A stretch of DNA of 64,000 nt from an uncultured bacterium (GCA_965541585.1 CBEUCH010000005.1:32001-96000); one strand, 5' to 3'; shown: positions 51,100 to 60,574, counted from the stretch's first letter. Numbers and translations: made by a program. Notes: generated from the letters alone by a model not told the origin.

Positions 51100-52958
51100 T
51101 TATCGATTCCCACTCCCCATTTCGAATATGTCCACCAGTGAGAGTTCCTACCTATCCCCCCGGAGTAACCATCCTCACCGCTCAGGTCGAGGAAGATGCC
51201 GATCGAACCGTAATCACGGCGTGGGTTGCCATAACCCTGGGTATTCTTATCTGATCTGACTATATAGACATCTTTCCCTCTAACATCAGCAAGAATGCCA
51301 AGACCGTTGGCCGAGCCCGCTCCCTGGCACAGATCATAGGCATTGTAATTGTCATCACCGTCGAGATCGATAAGCATCCCCACCGCCCGATCGTGGCCGC
51401 AGCCCTGGGAAACACCTCTTGCAGAATAGACATCATCGCCAGAGACATCATAGAGGATGCCCAGCGACATATGAGTACCGTTCCCCTGCGCATACTGAAA
51501 TGATATATACTGATCGTTTCCGCCGCCGTCGGCCAACATGCCCAGCCCGTACCAGTATGATGACCCCTGCCCGAAAATATCGGAGACATAAACATCGTTA
51601 CCAGATTTATCGATCAACATTCCCACGCCGCCCGACATCTTGGGACGGATACCGTATGCGAATCCCTGCGAAAGCGACAGGTAGTGATCGTTATAACGGA
51701 TAAAATCCTTGTACTTCCCCCCGGCGAAGTAATTATCGTTGCCGGAGTTGTCCATCAGTATCCCGATACCCTCCACAAACCCAAACCCCTGCGAATACAA
51801 CGCCGCCTGATATGAATCGTTCCCTTCATCATCCCGGAGGATGCCGACCCCGAAACATCCCGCACCCTGAGTGAACGTATCGCCGAAATAGCGGTCGTTA
51901 CCCTTCATATCCCAGAGGAGACCAACCCCGAACAGCCCCGCGCCGAGAGTCCACGAGCCAGCGTTATAGCTGTCATCGCCGTCGTAATCAACAATCATAT
52001 TCGAACCGAAGAAATATGGACTGATCCGGTTTTTCGGCATGTTGTAAGTATCATTGCCGTCGTAATCGATAATGTAGGTATGATGCCCCGTCCCCTCGAA
52101 CTCAATATCGTATGTATCATCGCCACTGGGATCGATGACGATGAAAAGATCGCCGGTGTAATGGTTATCTGAAGTATCGCCGATGATGATCTGGCCGAAC
52201 TCGGTATTCCATGAAGCGTACGAACTTCTAAAATGGGCTTTTTCGGAATATATCTTCTCGACTACGTAAATAAACCTGCTTAGATCATTTGAGATGGCTC
52301 TTATTCTTCTACAATTTTCGCCCAAATTCGAGAGCCTCTCGGCCCAGACGTCCTCATAAGCCTCCAGGCTATCAAGTTCGGCGGCAGACAAGAATTCGCT
52401 TTCTACCGTCTCCTCCAACAAAAGAGTAAATCCATCCCTAAGTGAATCAAGCTGGGCCTCAGAGTATTTCGAAAGTTCGTAGGAGTTTCGGATATCAATA
52501 TTCTCAATAAATTCTGTCATCTCTTTTAGAAGAGAAATAGACTTATCCGGCAGAATCTTCTCAATCTTCTCCGAACTAACGATCTTCCTGATTTCCTCAA
52601 ATTCCGGGATATTCTCCTGCAGAAATGAATATAGCCAGGATCCTGGGAATCGAGCATATTCTCCCGCTGATGAGATGTTTACATATTTAAGATTTGATCC
52701 AGCCTCGTTTATCAGCTTCAGTGGCTCCTGCATAAAATGATCTACTTCCCCCAGCCTGTAAGCATCCGGCTCCAGATAATCCCCTCGAAATGTCAAATCA
52801 CCCCGCTTCATCTTCAATGCGCTCAGTGCCAGATCCAGACCTGCATCTAAGCTGTCTAAGGGAGCATAAACCGTATCAACTGAATCTGGCGTAATTTCTT
52901 GCGCAGATAAAGAGGCGAATTGACCCGAGATCAGAAGTGAAATCAGGATGATTCTCAT
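51096..52958 (-). CDS. Exported protein with about 10 GxGxLxDxxGxDxY repeats
   Basis: Signal peptide MRIILISLLISGQFASLSA; repeats such as GVGILRDDEGNDSY, GIGILMDNSGNDNY, GVGMLIDKSGNDVY. Confidence 0.85.
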   Translation of the reverse strand: MRIILISLLISGQFASLSAQEITPDSVDTVYAPLDSLDAGLDLALSALKMKRGDLTFRGDYLEPDAYRLGEVDHFMQEPLKLINEAGSNLKYVNISSAGEYARFPGSWLYSFLQENIPEFEEIRKIVSSEKIEKILPDKSISLLKEMTEFIENIDIRNSYELSKYSEAQLDSLRDGFTLLLEETVESEFLSAAELDSLEAYEDVWAERLSNLGENCRRIRAISNDLSRFIYVVEKIYSEKAHFRSSYASWNTEFGQIIIGDTSDNHYTGDLFIVIDPSGDDTYDIEFEGTGHHTYIIDYDGNDTYNMPKNRISPYFFGSNMIVDYDGDDSYNAGSWTLGAGLFGVGLLWDMKGNDRYFGDTFTQGAGCFGVGILRDDEGNDSYQAALYSQGFGFVEGIGILMDNSGNDNYFAGGKYKDFIRYNDHYLSLSQGFAYGIRPKMSGGVGMLIDKSGNDVYVSDIFGQGSSYWYGLGMLADGGGNDQYISFQYAQGNGTHMSLGILYDVSGDDVYSARGVSQGCGHDRAVGMLIDLDGDDNYNAYDLCQGAGSANGLGILADVRGKDVYIVRSDKNTQGYGNPRRDYGSIGIFLDLSGEDGYSGGIGRNSHWWTYSKWGVGIDK

Positions 52959-52965
52959 GGGCGTT

Positions 52966-52994
52966 ATGATATTACAGGCAGTGAATCCGGTCAA
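52966..52994 (-). promoter_or_regulatory. Sigma70 promoter TTGACC-N17-TATCAT (leaderless)
   Basis: -10 ends 7 nt before ATG 52958. Confidence 0.6.
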
Positions 52995-53022
52995 CAGATA
53001 TCTGAAAATTTGTGCAGATGAG

Positions 53023-53192
53023 GATTGCCTCTTCCGACCAATCGGTCGGAAGAGCAATGACAATTGCGCGGTCGGACATTTTCGGCCGACCGCCTGCGCC
53101 GACAGATTGCAGGGCAGACATTATATGGCTATCTGACGGCACTGGTGATGCAATTGTCATTGCCGGTCCGGCAGTAGGCGGACCGGGCAATC
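53023..53192. repeat. Inverted pair of GATTGC-hairpin-GCAATGACAATTGC elements (REP/RPE-like)
   Basis: Copies at 53023-53067 (+) and 53150-53192 (-), plus an internal GCGGTCGG/CCGACCGC hairpin. Confidence 0.75.
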
Positions 53193-53253
53193 GAGCCCAA
53201 CAAAAAAGCGGACACTGGTTCCGCCTTTCTTGTTTTCATTATTGTTGCGATCC

Positions 53254-54681
53254 TCAGTATAGACCGTATTTGCTGATTCTATCTCTGAGTGTATTGCGAG
53301 AAATTCCCAATAATATCGAGGCTTTAACCTGATTTGAGCCTGTGTGTTTTAAAGCGGCCGAAATCAACGCCCTCTCAAAGCCAGATTGGAGGTGAGAATA
53401 AACATGGTTATTAGAAACGGCCACCAGCCTGTCAAAATTGGGGGAAATCAATTGAGAGAACATCTGGGCGTAGTCTTTCTCTATTTCCTCAAGATCGATA
53501 TGTACCATCTCCGACTTTTCGGATAGAACCGGGAAATGCTCCGGCAGAAGAACCTCACGTTTAGACATGACGATCGCAGTGTGAATGTTGTTTTCAAGCT
53601 CACGGATATTGCCCGGCCATGGATATTTCTTGAGGTCGTCGAGAGCCTCTTTGGAGATGCCCTCGATTCTTTTGCCAGTTTCCTGGGAGTACATCTTGAT
53701 AAAATGGTCGATTAGAAGCGGGACGTCGGTGCGCCTTTCCCTCAGCGGTGGCAGATGGATCGATACCACTTTCAGCCGGTAGAACAGATCAACGCGAAAT
53801 TTTCCCTCTTTTATCAGATTCACCAGCGATTTATTTGTGGCCGCGATCATTCGGACGTCGACTTTTATGGTGTCAGTCCCTCCGACCCTCTCGAACTCCT
53901 GCTCCTGCAGGATTCGCAAGACCTTAGACTGAGTAAGAGGGGACATATCTGCAATCTCATCAAGTAGTATGGTGCCTCCGCTGCAGACTTCAAATTTTCC
54001 CAGCTTGCGGGTATAGGCGCCCGTAAACGCCCCCTTTTCATGGCCAAATAACTCGGATTCCAAGAGCGTATCCGGGAGGGCCGCGCAGTTGACCGATAGA
54101 AACGGTTTATCCTTTCTCAACGAATTCTTATAGATGGATCTCGCTACCATTTCTTTCCCGGTGCCGGATTCGCCCTGAATCAGCACGGTGGCATCGCTGG
54201 TAGCCACCTTCCCGATTACCTTGGCGATCTCGACCATTTCCGAGGAATGCCCTATTATATCTCCAGGAATCAGGTCTTTTTCTTTGGAAAACGTTTCCAG
54301 GCCACGGAGGTGTGAGGATTCCTGCATAACCCGGTTTACCAGGCTCACCACTTTGTCAATATCGAATGGTTTAGTAATAAATTCATAGGCCCCCAGCTTC
54401 ATTGCCTCGATTGCGGCCTCGGTGGAGACATAGCCGGTCATGATGACAACCGGGATTGATGAATCCATTTCCTTGATTTTGCCCAGAATATCGAATCCCG
54501 AGAAATCCGGCAGATTGATATCGAGCATGACCAGAGCAATATCTGATTCTTTTACCTTCGCCAGGGCCTCTGCACCGGTACCGGCAACCTCAAAATCATA
54601 TTTGAAACTCTCCAGACACTCGACAAGGGTGCTCGTCACCTGTGAGTCATCATCGACAACCAGAACAGATTTTCTATTCAT
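53254..54681 (-). CDS. Sigma54-dependent NtrC-family response regulator
   Basis: Receiver domain (VVDDD, LDINLP, KPF), GESGTGKE, GAFTGA, WPGNIRELEN, Fis-type HTH. Confidence 0.95.
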   Translation of the reverse strand: MNRKSVLVVDDDSQVTSTLVECLESFKYDFEVAGTGAEALAKVKESDIALVMLDINLPDFSGFDILGKIKEMDSSIPVVIMTGYVSTEAAIEAMKLGAYEFITKPFDIDKVVSLVNRVMQESSHLRGLETFSKEKDLIPGDIIGHSSEMVEIAKVIGKVATSDATVLIQGESGTGKEMVARSIYKNSLRKDKPFLSVNCAALPDTLLESELFGHEKGAFTGAYTRKLGKFEVCSGGTILLDEIADMSPLTQSKVLRILQEQEFERVGGTDTIKVDVRMIAATNKSLVNLIKEGKFRVDLFYRLKVVSIHLPPLRERRTDVPLLIDHFIKMYSQETGKRIEGISKEALDDLKKYPWPGNIRELENNIHTAIVMSKREVLLPEHFPVLSEKSEMVHIDLEEIEKDYAQMFSQLISPNFDRLVAVSNNHVYSHLQSGFERALISAALKHTGSNQVKASILLGISRNTLRDRISKYGLY

Positions 54682-54939
54682 ATCTTCCCAGATTCTCGCA
54701 AATATTCCAGTTCAATGGGCGCAAAAGCGCCTTCTCTACCCGAAGCATGCTTGAGGATCACTGCCTGGGCCAGCTTATTCCCCATTTCATAAATCGGCAG
54801 ATTGATTGAACTTATTAACGAAAACCGGGATCATCCGTTTCGACGTAACCGACCGCCGTTCCTCTCCCAATGAACAGGTTATGACCGGGCCAGGTATACT
54901 AATTTCAACAGACTGTGAAAAAATCAAAAAGATTGATAT

Positions 54940-57786
54940 CTAGGAATCCGGGTTCAGCCAATTTCTTATAACGCTGGTTATTTCTTCGGGAGATCTACAC
55001 TTAAACTTCGTTCCCCCGACCGACTTGAGAAATACTGAACCGAACGAGCTTTTTTCTATTCTGCTGTCGAGAGCCACGACGCACCCCCTATCAGCGGCGG
55101 TTCGGATTAACCTTCCGAATCCTTGCCTGAATTTCACCACGGCGTCCGGCAGGGATAGCTGCGAAAATGGACTCCGGCCGCTTTGCTCGATTTTTTCAAG
55201 ATTGGCCTTAAACCAAGGCCTATCCGGAACAGTAAAGGGGAGTTTGAAGAGAATCAACAGTTCAAGTAGCGCCCCCGGCAGGTCTATTCCCTCCCAGAAA
55301 GTATCTGTGCCGAACAGAACGGCCTTTTTTGATGATTTGAACCGTCGCAATATCCTCTCGGCGTTATAAAAACCTTCCTGGGAAAACAGGTCTATTCCAT
55401 CCGAACTCAACCGTTGACCTAATTGCTCAACCGCCGCTTTCAATGAACGATGAGATGTGAAAAGCACCATAGACTTTTTTGCTCCGGAGGCAAGGATCTC
55501 CGAAAGCGTCCGGAATGCCTCCTGTTCGAACTCGGGCCGCTTGGGCGATGGCAGATAGCCCGCGGTCACGACTGCCACCTCGGAATCAATGTCAAATGGC
55601 GAGTCCAGGCATATCGAAAGAGTCCTTTCGCCCGATCTGAGATCCAAGCCGAGCCTTTGAATGAAAAAATCAAAGTTCCGATTCACAGCCATGGTGGCCG
55701 ATGTAAACACGGCCGTCTTCAAGTGGTCATAGAACTCTCTATCCAGAAGCTTACCTACCTCAAGAGGCGCCGATAGCAATCTCGGAGAATGCTTTGCAGA
55801 TGATGGCACCTCAATCCAGTAGACATAATCAGGGTCCTCCGCATAAAGCAAATTGGATATCATCTCTCCGAAGCCTCTAAGATCGCTGCCAAAGGCCTCC
55901 AATCTGATAATTGATTCTCTCCTTTTCGGCAGGCCGTCGGCCTCTCGCACCAATCCAATCAAATGGTCAAGACGATCGGCCAGATTCTTAAGGGCGATTA
56001 AAAGCTCTTCTCGTGAGGGCAAATCGCAAAGGTTAGCATCTGATTTATAAGGTATTTCGCGGGCATCGCTGTCGCCGATCCTGGCGCCCAGGTTTTCGGA
56101 AAGTTCTGCAAAAAAATCACCTGAACTGTGATTCAACGACGTCGCAGAATCGATCACCGAATTGACTGCGCCCTCGAGTTTACCATTTGATTCGTGCAGA
56201 GATATTGAAAATCTCAAACCGACCAGAAAACCGGATTGTGTGGGACGTGAGGTATACATATCTGCCAGGAGGTTATCCAGGGAACGCTTATCCAATTTAT
56301 ATCCCAGGTACGATGCGGCAACCTTTTCGAGATTATGAGCCTCGTCGAAAATTATATGGCCGGCATCACGAACGAGATCGCCCCCCGAGGCGAAATCCGC
56401 AAAGGTAAGATAATGGTTGACGATAACCACCTGGGCCTTTTGAGATTCTCTTCTTATCTTAAGTAGAAAGCATTCATTTGCAAGCCGGCATGCCTGCCCC
56501 AGACAAAAACTCCCCTCGCATGATATGCGGCTCCAGATATAATAATTTCTCGCAGGATTAAAACCGTGGCATTCAGAGATATCACCGGTCCTGGTATGTT
56601 TCGCCCAGAGTATCAGAGAACCAAGAGCCTCTCTATCCTGCTTATTGTATGAGACCTCCGCCTCTGCCAGAAGCTCGCGATATTTCAAGAGGCACAGATA
56701 ATTGCCACGGCCTTTCAGCAATGCAGCCTTGAATTCGAAACCGACCGCATTTTGAATCTGTGGAATATCTTTATAGAAAAGCTGAGACTGCAGATTCTTA
56801 GTCTGGGTGGAGATAATCAAACGTTCGCGGTTTAGCGACGTCCACCAGCTCGCTGGTAGAAGATAGGCTAATGATTTTCCGATCCCGGTTGGCGCCTCGG
56901 CCAACAAAAATTCAGACCTGTTAAAAGCCCGGGCGATCTCGATAGACATACGCGCCTGTTGAGGACGGTATTCGAATGAGGAAATCGCATTGGAGAGAAT
57001 GCCTCCGGGAAGGAAATGATTTTCTACCGCGGCCGTATCCACTTCGATATAATCTTCGTAGGAGTCTGGAGGAGATGTCCCGATGACGTTATCCGGATAT
57101 TTCTCAAGAGACCCGCCAGTCTCCACTGATTTTTTCGTCGGATATTCAGCCATGATAGGCTTATCCGAGGATACCGGTTCAATCGGGCTTAGCGCCGCGC
57201 GGAAAATGTCTATATCCTGATTCCCGACCAGTATCCGCCCAATGGATTCCTTCGACGATACTGGTAAGGATGCCAGATATGATATTAACTTGAGATAGAC
57301 CTGACCGGTCGCCAGGCAGTCATCTAAAGCTCGATGGGCATTGACACGGTCAACATTGAAATATTTGATAAGAGTTCCCAGGCTGTAACGTGGCAGCCGG
57401 GGAAACAGTATCCTGGCCAGAATACCGGTATCCAGAACTCGCTGCGCCAGTTTGGCAGCTGCCTTTTTATCTTGATGGGACCTCAAGAAACCTAAATCGA
57501 ATGATATGTTATGTCCCACAATCCAGGTCGAGCTTTCTAAACGATCCTGAAAATCCTCGAATACGGATTCAATGGACGGTGCCGCCTTGACCATATTATC
57601 ATCTATCCCCGTGAGGCGTGTTATCTCATCCGGTATCGGGGCTGACGGTTTGACAAGCTGCGAAAATTTCTCACTCAGTTTCCCCTCTTCATAGCGGGCA
57701 GCGCCGAGTTCAATAATTTCGCAACTCCCGGGATCCAACCCGGTGGTTTCGAGATCTATGACTGTAAAGCTGTCAAATCTGCTCAT
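54940..57786 (-). CDS. dinG: DnaQ-like 3'-5' exonuclease fused to a DinG-family helicase
   Basis: DLETTG/HNISFD/HRALDD; Q motif YRPQQ, APTGIGKS, DEAH, SAT, FWEGID, QGFGRLIR. Confidence 0.93.
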   Translation of the reverse strand: MSRFDSFTVIDLETTGLDPGSCEIIELGAARYEEGKLSEKFSQLVKPSAPIPDEITRLTGIDDNMVKAAPSIESVFEDFQDRLESSTWIVGHNISFDLGFLRSHQDKKAAAKLAQRVLDTGILARILFPRLPRYSLGTLIKYFNVDRVNAHRALDDCLATGQVYLKLISYLASLPVSSKESIGRILVGNQDIDIFRAALSPIEPVSSDKPIMAEYPTKKSVETGGSLEKYPDNVIGTSPPDSYEDYIEVDTAAVENHFLPGGILSNAISSFEYRPQQARMSIEIARAFNRSEFLLAEAPTGIGKSLAYLLPASWWTSLNRERLIISTQTKNLQSQLFYKDIPQIQNAVGFEFKAALLKGRGNYLCLLKYRELLAEAEVSYNKQDREALGSLILWAKHTRTGDISECHGFNPARNYYIWSRISCEGSFCLGQACRLANECFLLKIRRESQKAQVVIVNHYLTFADFASGGDLVRDAGHIIFDEAHNLEKVAASYLGYKLDKRSLDNLLADMYTSRPTQSGFLVGLRFSISLHESNGKLEGAVNSVIDSATSLNHSSGDFFAELSENLGARIGDSDAREIPYKSDANLCDLPSREELLIALKNLADRLDHLIGLVREADGLPKRRESIIRLEAFGSDLRGFGEMISNLLYAEDPDYVYWIEVPSSAKHSPRLLSAPLEVGKLLDREFYDHLKTAVFTSATMAVNRNFDFFIQRLGLDLRSGERTLSICLDSPFDIDSEVAVVTAGYLPSPKRPEFEQEAFRTLSEILASGAKKSMVLFTSHRSLKAAVEQLGQRLSSDGIDLFSQEGFYNAERILRRFKSSKKAVLFGTDTFWEGIDLPGALLELLILFKLPFTVPDRPWFKANLEKIEQSGRSPFSQLSLPDAVVKFRQGFGRLIRTAADRGCVVALDSRIEKSSFGSVFLKSVGGTKFKCRSPEEITSVIRNWLNPDS

Positions 57787-57929
57787 AGAACGATAATTTG
57801 TATAATTATAAGCGGGATTCCTCTTTCTATCCTCATTCGATCATTATATCGATGATCGATTCCTATGGCAAGCGTATTCGGATTCTGCTGTCAATTCGCG
57901 TGATCCGACACCATGCACGCACTCGAGCG

Positions 57930-58973
57930 CTATGGGGACTTCGCCCGTAGCTTACTGTAATATTCCTCGAGCGATTTATTAGACGATATCCTCAACATGG
58001 CAGCCTTCACCAGACGTGCTACATCCTTGCGTGAAAGCTTTATCGGCGGGCCGGCCATGGATTGCAAAGGATTGCTTTTGATCAGATTCAATGTCTCCAT
58101 GGCCAGAAATATCGGGACCGTCAGAAACATCCGCACCCCGCGGTAACGATGAGGGATGAGGGTGGTGTAGAGTATGGCATCGTCAAGATGAATGGTAGTC
58201 AGATCTGATAATTCGTTTACAAAATTCTTGATCGCCCGAGTATTTTTAGGATTTACAAGTGCGGAGGGCTTCAAGCCATGCTTCTCCATCACATCCAGAG
58301 GCAGGTAACAGATTCCCCTTTCACGATCGACCGGAACGTCTTTTATGACGTTGACCTTTTGTAGGGCGAGACCAAAGGAATTACCCAATCTCAGCAATTC
58401 TGATGCTATGTCTCCGTCGAGGCTATAATGCTGGATAAACAGCTCCGTCAGCATATGCCCGACGGTACCCGCCACATAATAGCAGTACCGGTTCCAATCC
58501 TCTATATCCTTTAGGGCTGCAACGGTCTCATCTTTCGAGGGTTTGAGGCGCGAATACTCCGCCATTCCTTTAGCCATCTCTCCCGCCCAGCGATATATAA
58601 TCGGTCTGTGAGCGGCAGGGAGCGACGCCAATATCTCAAACAGCTTCGATGATTCTGCAAGCAGCCGGTGATCGTCACCGAATCCGGGATCAATGGAATC
58701 ATATAGAGATGCTGTGGCCGTCTCTGAGATGCCTTCGCCTCTATATGCTCTTTCGAGTAGTTCTTTTAGAGAAGACAATCGTGCATATTTTTCTTCGCTT
58801 CCAAGATGCGGTGAATCCTCCAGCGTATCTGCAACCCGGCATAGCAGGTACGACGTGTATACCGAATCCCTCAGGCCCCGTGGCAAAAACCTGATTGTAA
58901 GGGCGAACGTTCGGCTGACCTTTGGGATAAAGTCCTTTATAAAGAGATCGTTTTTATCCGGTTTGGAGCGCAT
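57930..58973 (-). CDS. Squalene/phytoene synthase family (single-enzyme SQS-like)
   Basis: VSRTFALTI, YLLCRVADTLED, YCYYVAGTVG, FGLALQKVNVIKD, RGICYLP. Confidence 0.88.
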   Translation of the reverse strand: MRSKPDKNDLFIKDFIPKVSRTFALTIRFLPRGLRDSVYTSYLLCRVADTLEDSPHLGSEEKYARLSSLKELLERAYRGEGISETATASLYDSIDPGFGDDHRLLAESSKLFEILASLPAAHRPIIYRWAGEMAKGMAEYSRLKPSKDETVAALKDIEDWNRYCYYVAGTVGHMLTELFIQHYSLDGDIASELLRLGNSFGLALQKVNVIKDVPVDRERGICYLPLDVMEKHGLKPSALVNPKNTRAIKNFVNELSDLTTIHLDDAILYTTLIPHRYRGVRMFLTVPIFLAMETLNLIKSNPLQSMAGPPIKLSRKDVARLVKAAMLRISSNKSLEEYYSKLRAKSP

Positions 58974-59224
58974 TTCTTCTAATTTAAGCAGAATTGGCTG
59001 CCAAATCCACATCATTATCGAATTACCTGAAATGCTCAGATCGGAGATCAAATCTCTGTTTTTTTCGTCGGCAAAATTGAAACCAAATGTCCTTGCATGG
59101 AGTTATATGTATATATGCTGGATAATCTGTCCGGACTCATGTAACTGTGCAAGAATGCGCTATTCGGGAATCCCCGGAGATTTCCAACCCTTTTAAATCA
59201 AGACAACAGAAGGAGAACGCTGCA

Positions 59225-60511
59225 ATGAAGAAAGCGACAACAATCCTGGCTTTCGCTATAACATTCTTTATTTGCATGGCTGGATGGCAGTGCCTTTCGG
59301 CAACGGAGCTTACGACCGTTCGTGTAGCCTCGGGTCTTTCGGCGCCGATATTTGTCATTTCGCCCCCGGGGGATATGCAACGGGTTTTCATTGTCGAACA
59401 GCCCGGCCGCATAAAGATTCTGCAAGACGGGGAGATATTGCCGGTTCCGTTTCTGGACATAACCGGTGATGTCTCCTATGGAGGCGAACGCGGCCTGCTG
59501 GGGCTAGCCTTCCATCCGAATTACGGAAATAACGGTTATTTCTTCGTTAACTACACGAATAATTCAGGCAATACTGTCATTTCCAGATTTTCAGTCACCG
59601 CCGATCCTGACGTGGCCGATCCCGGGAGTGAATTTATCGTTCTTACGATCTGGCAACCGTTCGGCAATCATAACGGCGGCATGCTGGCCTTCGGGCCGAA
59701 TGACGGCTATCTGTATATCGGTATGGGTGACGGCGGATCGGGGGGCGATCCCGGCAACAGATCGCAGGACGATGGCGAACTGCTGGGAAAGATGCTCAGA
59801 ATTGATATAGATGGAGATCCGCCCTACGGTATACCTGATGATAATCCTTTTGAGGGGCCGGGTGATCCGCTCGATGAAATATGGGCCAAAGGGCTTCGTA
59901 ATCCCTGGCGCTTCAGTTTCGACAGGTCATCAGGAGATATGTATATCGCTGACGTCGGTCAGGGTACCTGGGAGGAGATCGATTTTCAGCCGGCATCGAG
60001 CGCCGGTGGGGAAAACTACGGCTGGCGCCTTATGGAGGGCAACCATTGTTACAATCCACCGAGCGATTGCGATCCCGGAGGTCTTACCTATCCGATTTAT
60101 GAATACAGTCACGGCGGCAATCCTTTTCGATGCTCCGTTACCGGTGGCTACGTATATAGAGGCGCTGCCATCCCGGATCTTCAGGGCATATACTTTTTTG
60201 CGGATTACTGCAGCGACCAGATATGGTCATTCCGTTACGACGGTAACGTCCCCGAAGTCACTGATCGAACCAACGAACTGGATCCGGGAAATGGCTTGTC
60301 GATTGATAACATCTCTTCTTTCGGTGAAGATGGTTCCGGCGAGATTTACATCGTCGATCTGGGCGGAGAGGTTTTCAAGATAGTACCGGTTCTCGACCCT
60401 GTTCCCACGCTCTCCGAATGGGGTATGATCATCCTGGCACTGATGCTATTAGCTTTGGGCACGGTCTGCATTATTGGGAGACGTAGGGCTGTCGCTATAA
60501 GTACTAACTAG
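59225..60511 (+). CDS. PQQ-dependent sugar (glucose/sorbosone) dehydrogenase family with IPTL-CTERM sorting tail
   Basis: GERGLLGLAFHP, NHNGG, GDGG, GLRNPWR, NYGW; C-terminal VPTLSEWG + TM + RRR. Confidence 0.9.
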   Translation: MKKATTILAFAITFFICMAGWQCLSATELTTVRVASGLSAPIFVISPPGDMQRVFIVEQPGRIKILQDGEILPVPFLDITGDVSYGGERGLLGLAFHPNYGNNGYFFVNYTNNSGNTVISRFSVTADPDVADPGSEFIVLTIWQPFGNHNGGMLAFGPNDGYLYIGMGDGGSGGDPGNRSQDDGELLGKMLRIDIDGDPPYGIPDDNPFEGPGDPLDEIWAKGLRNPWRFSFDRSSGDMYIADVGQGTWEEIDFQPASSAGGENYGWRLMEGNHCYNPPSDCDPGGLTYPIYEYSHGGNPFRCSVTGGYVYRGAAIPDLQGIYFFADYCSDQIWSFRYDGNVPEVTDRTNELDPGNGLSIDNISSFGEDGSGEIYIVDLGGEVFKIVPVLDPVPTLSEWGMIILALMLLALGTVCIIGRRRAVAISTN

Positions 60512-60521
60512 AATCTTACCG

Positions 60522-60552
60522 AAAAAAAGGCGATTCCGAATAGGAATCGCCT
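60522..60552 (-). terminator. Intrinsic terminator between convergent genes
   Basis: AGGCGATTCC-N5-GGAATCGCCT with a T7 run on the minus strand. Confidence 0.8.
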
Positions 60553-60574
60553 GCATCATTCAATTCAGAGCGTT

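Noticed and set aside
52959..53063. N-terminal ORF extensions (also in rpsB, pyrH, yjbQ, gcvPB, rfaE1, DUF3467, RNase H-like, SQS, GSDH)
   Set aside because: The extensions run through promoters, repeats or neighbouring genes; downstream ATGs fit the family N-termini better.
53137..53154. Sigma54 -24/-12-like CGGCAC-N5-ATGCA near the NtrC-family gene
   Set aside because: It points into the 3' end of a convergent gene and overlaps the repeat element.
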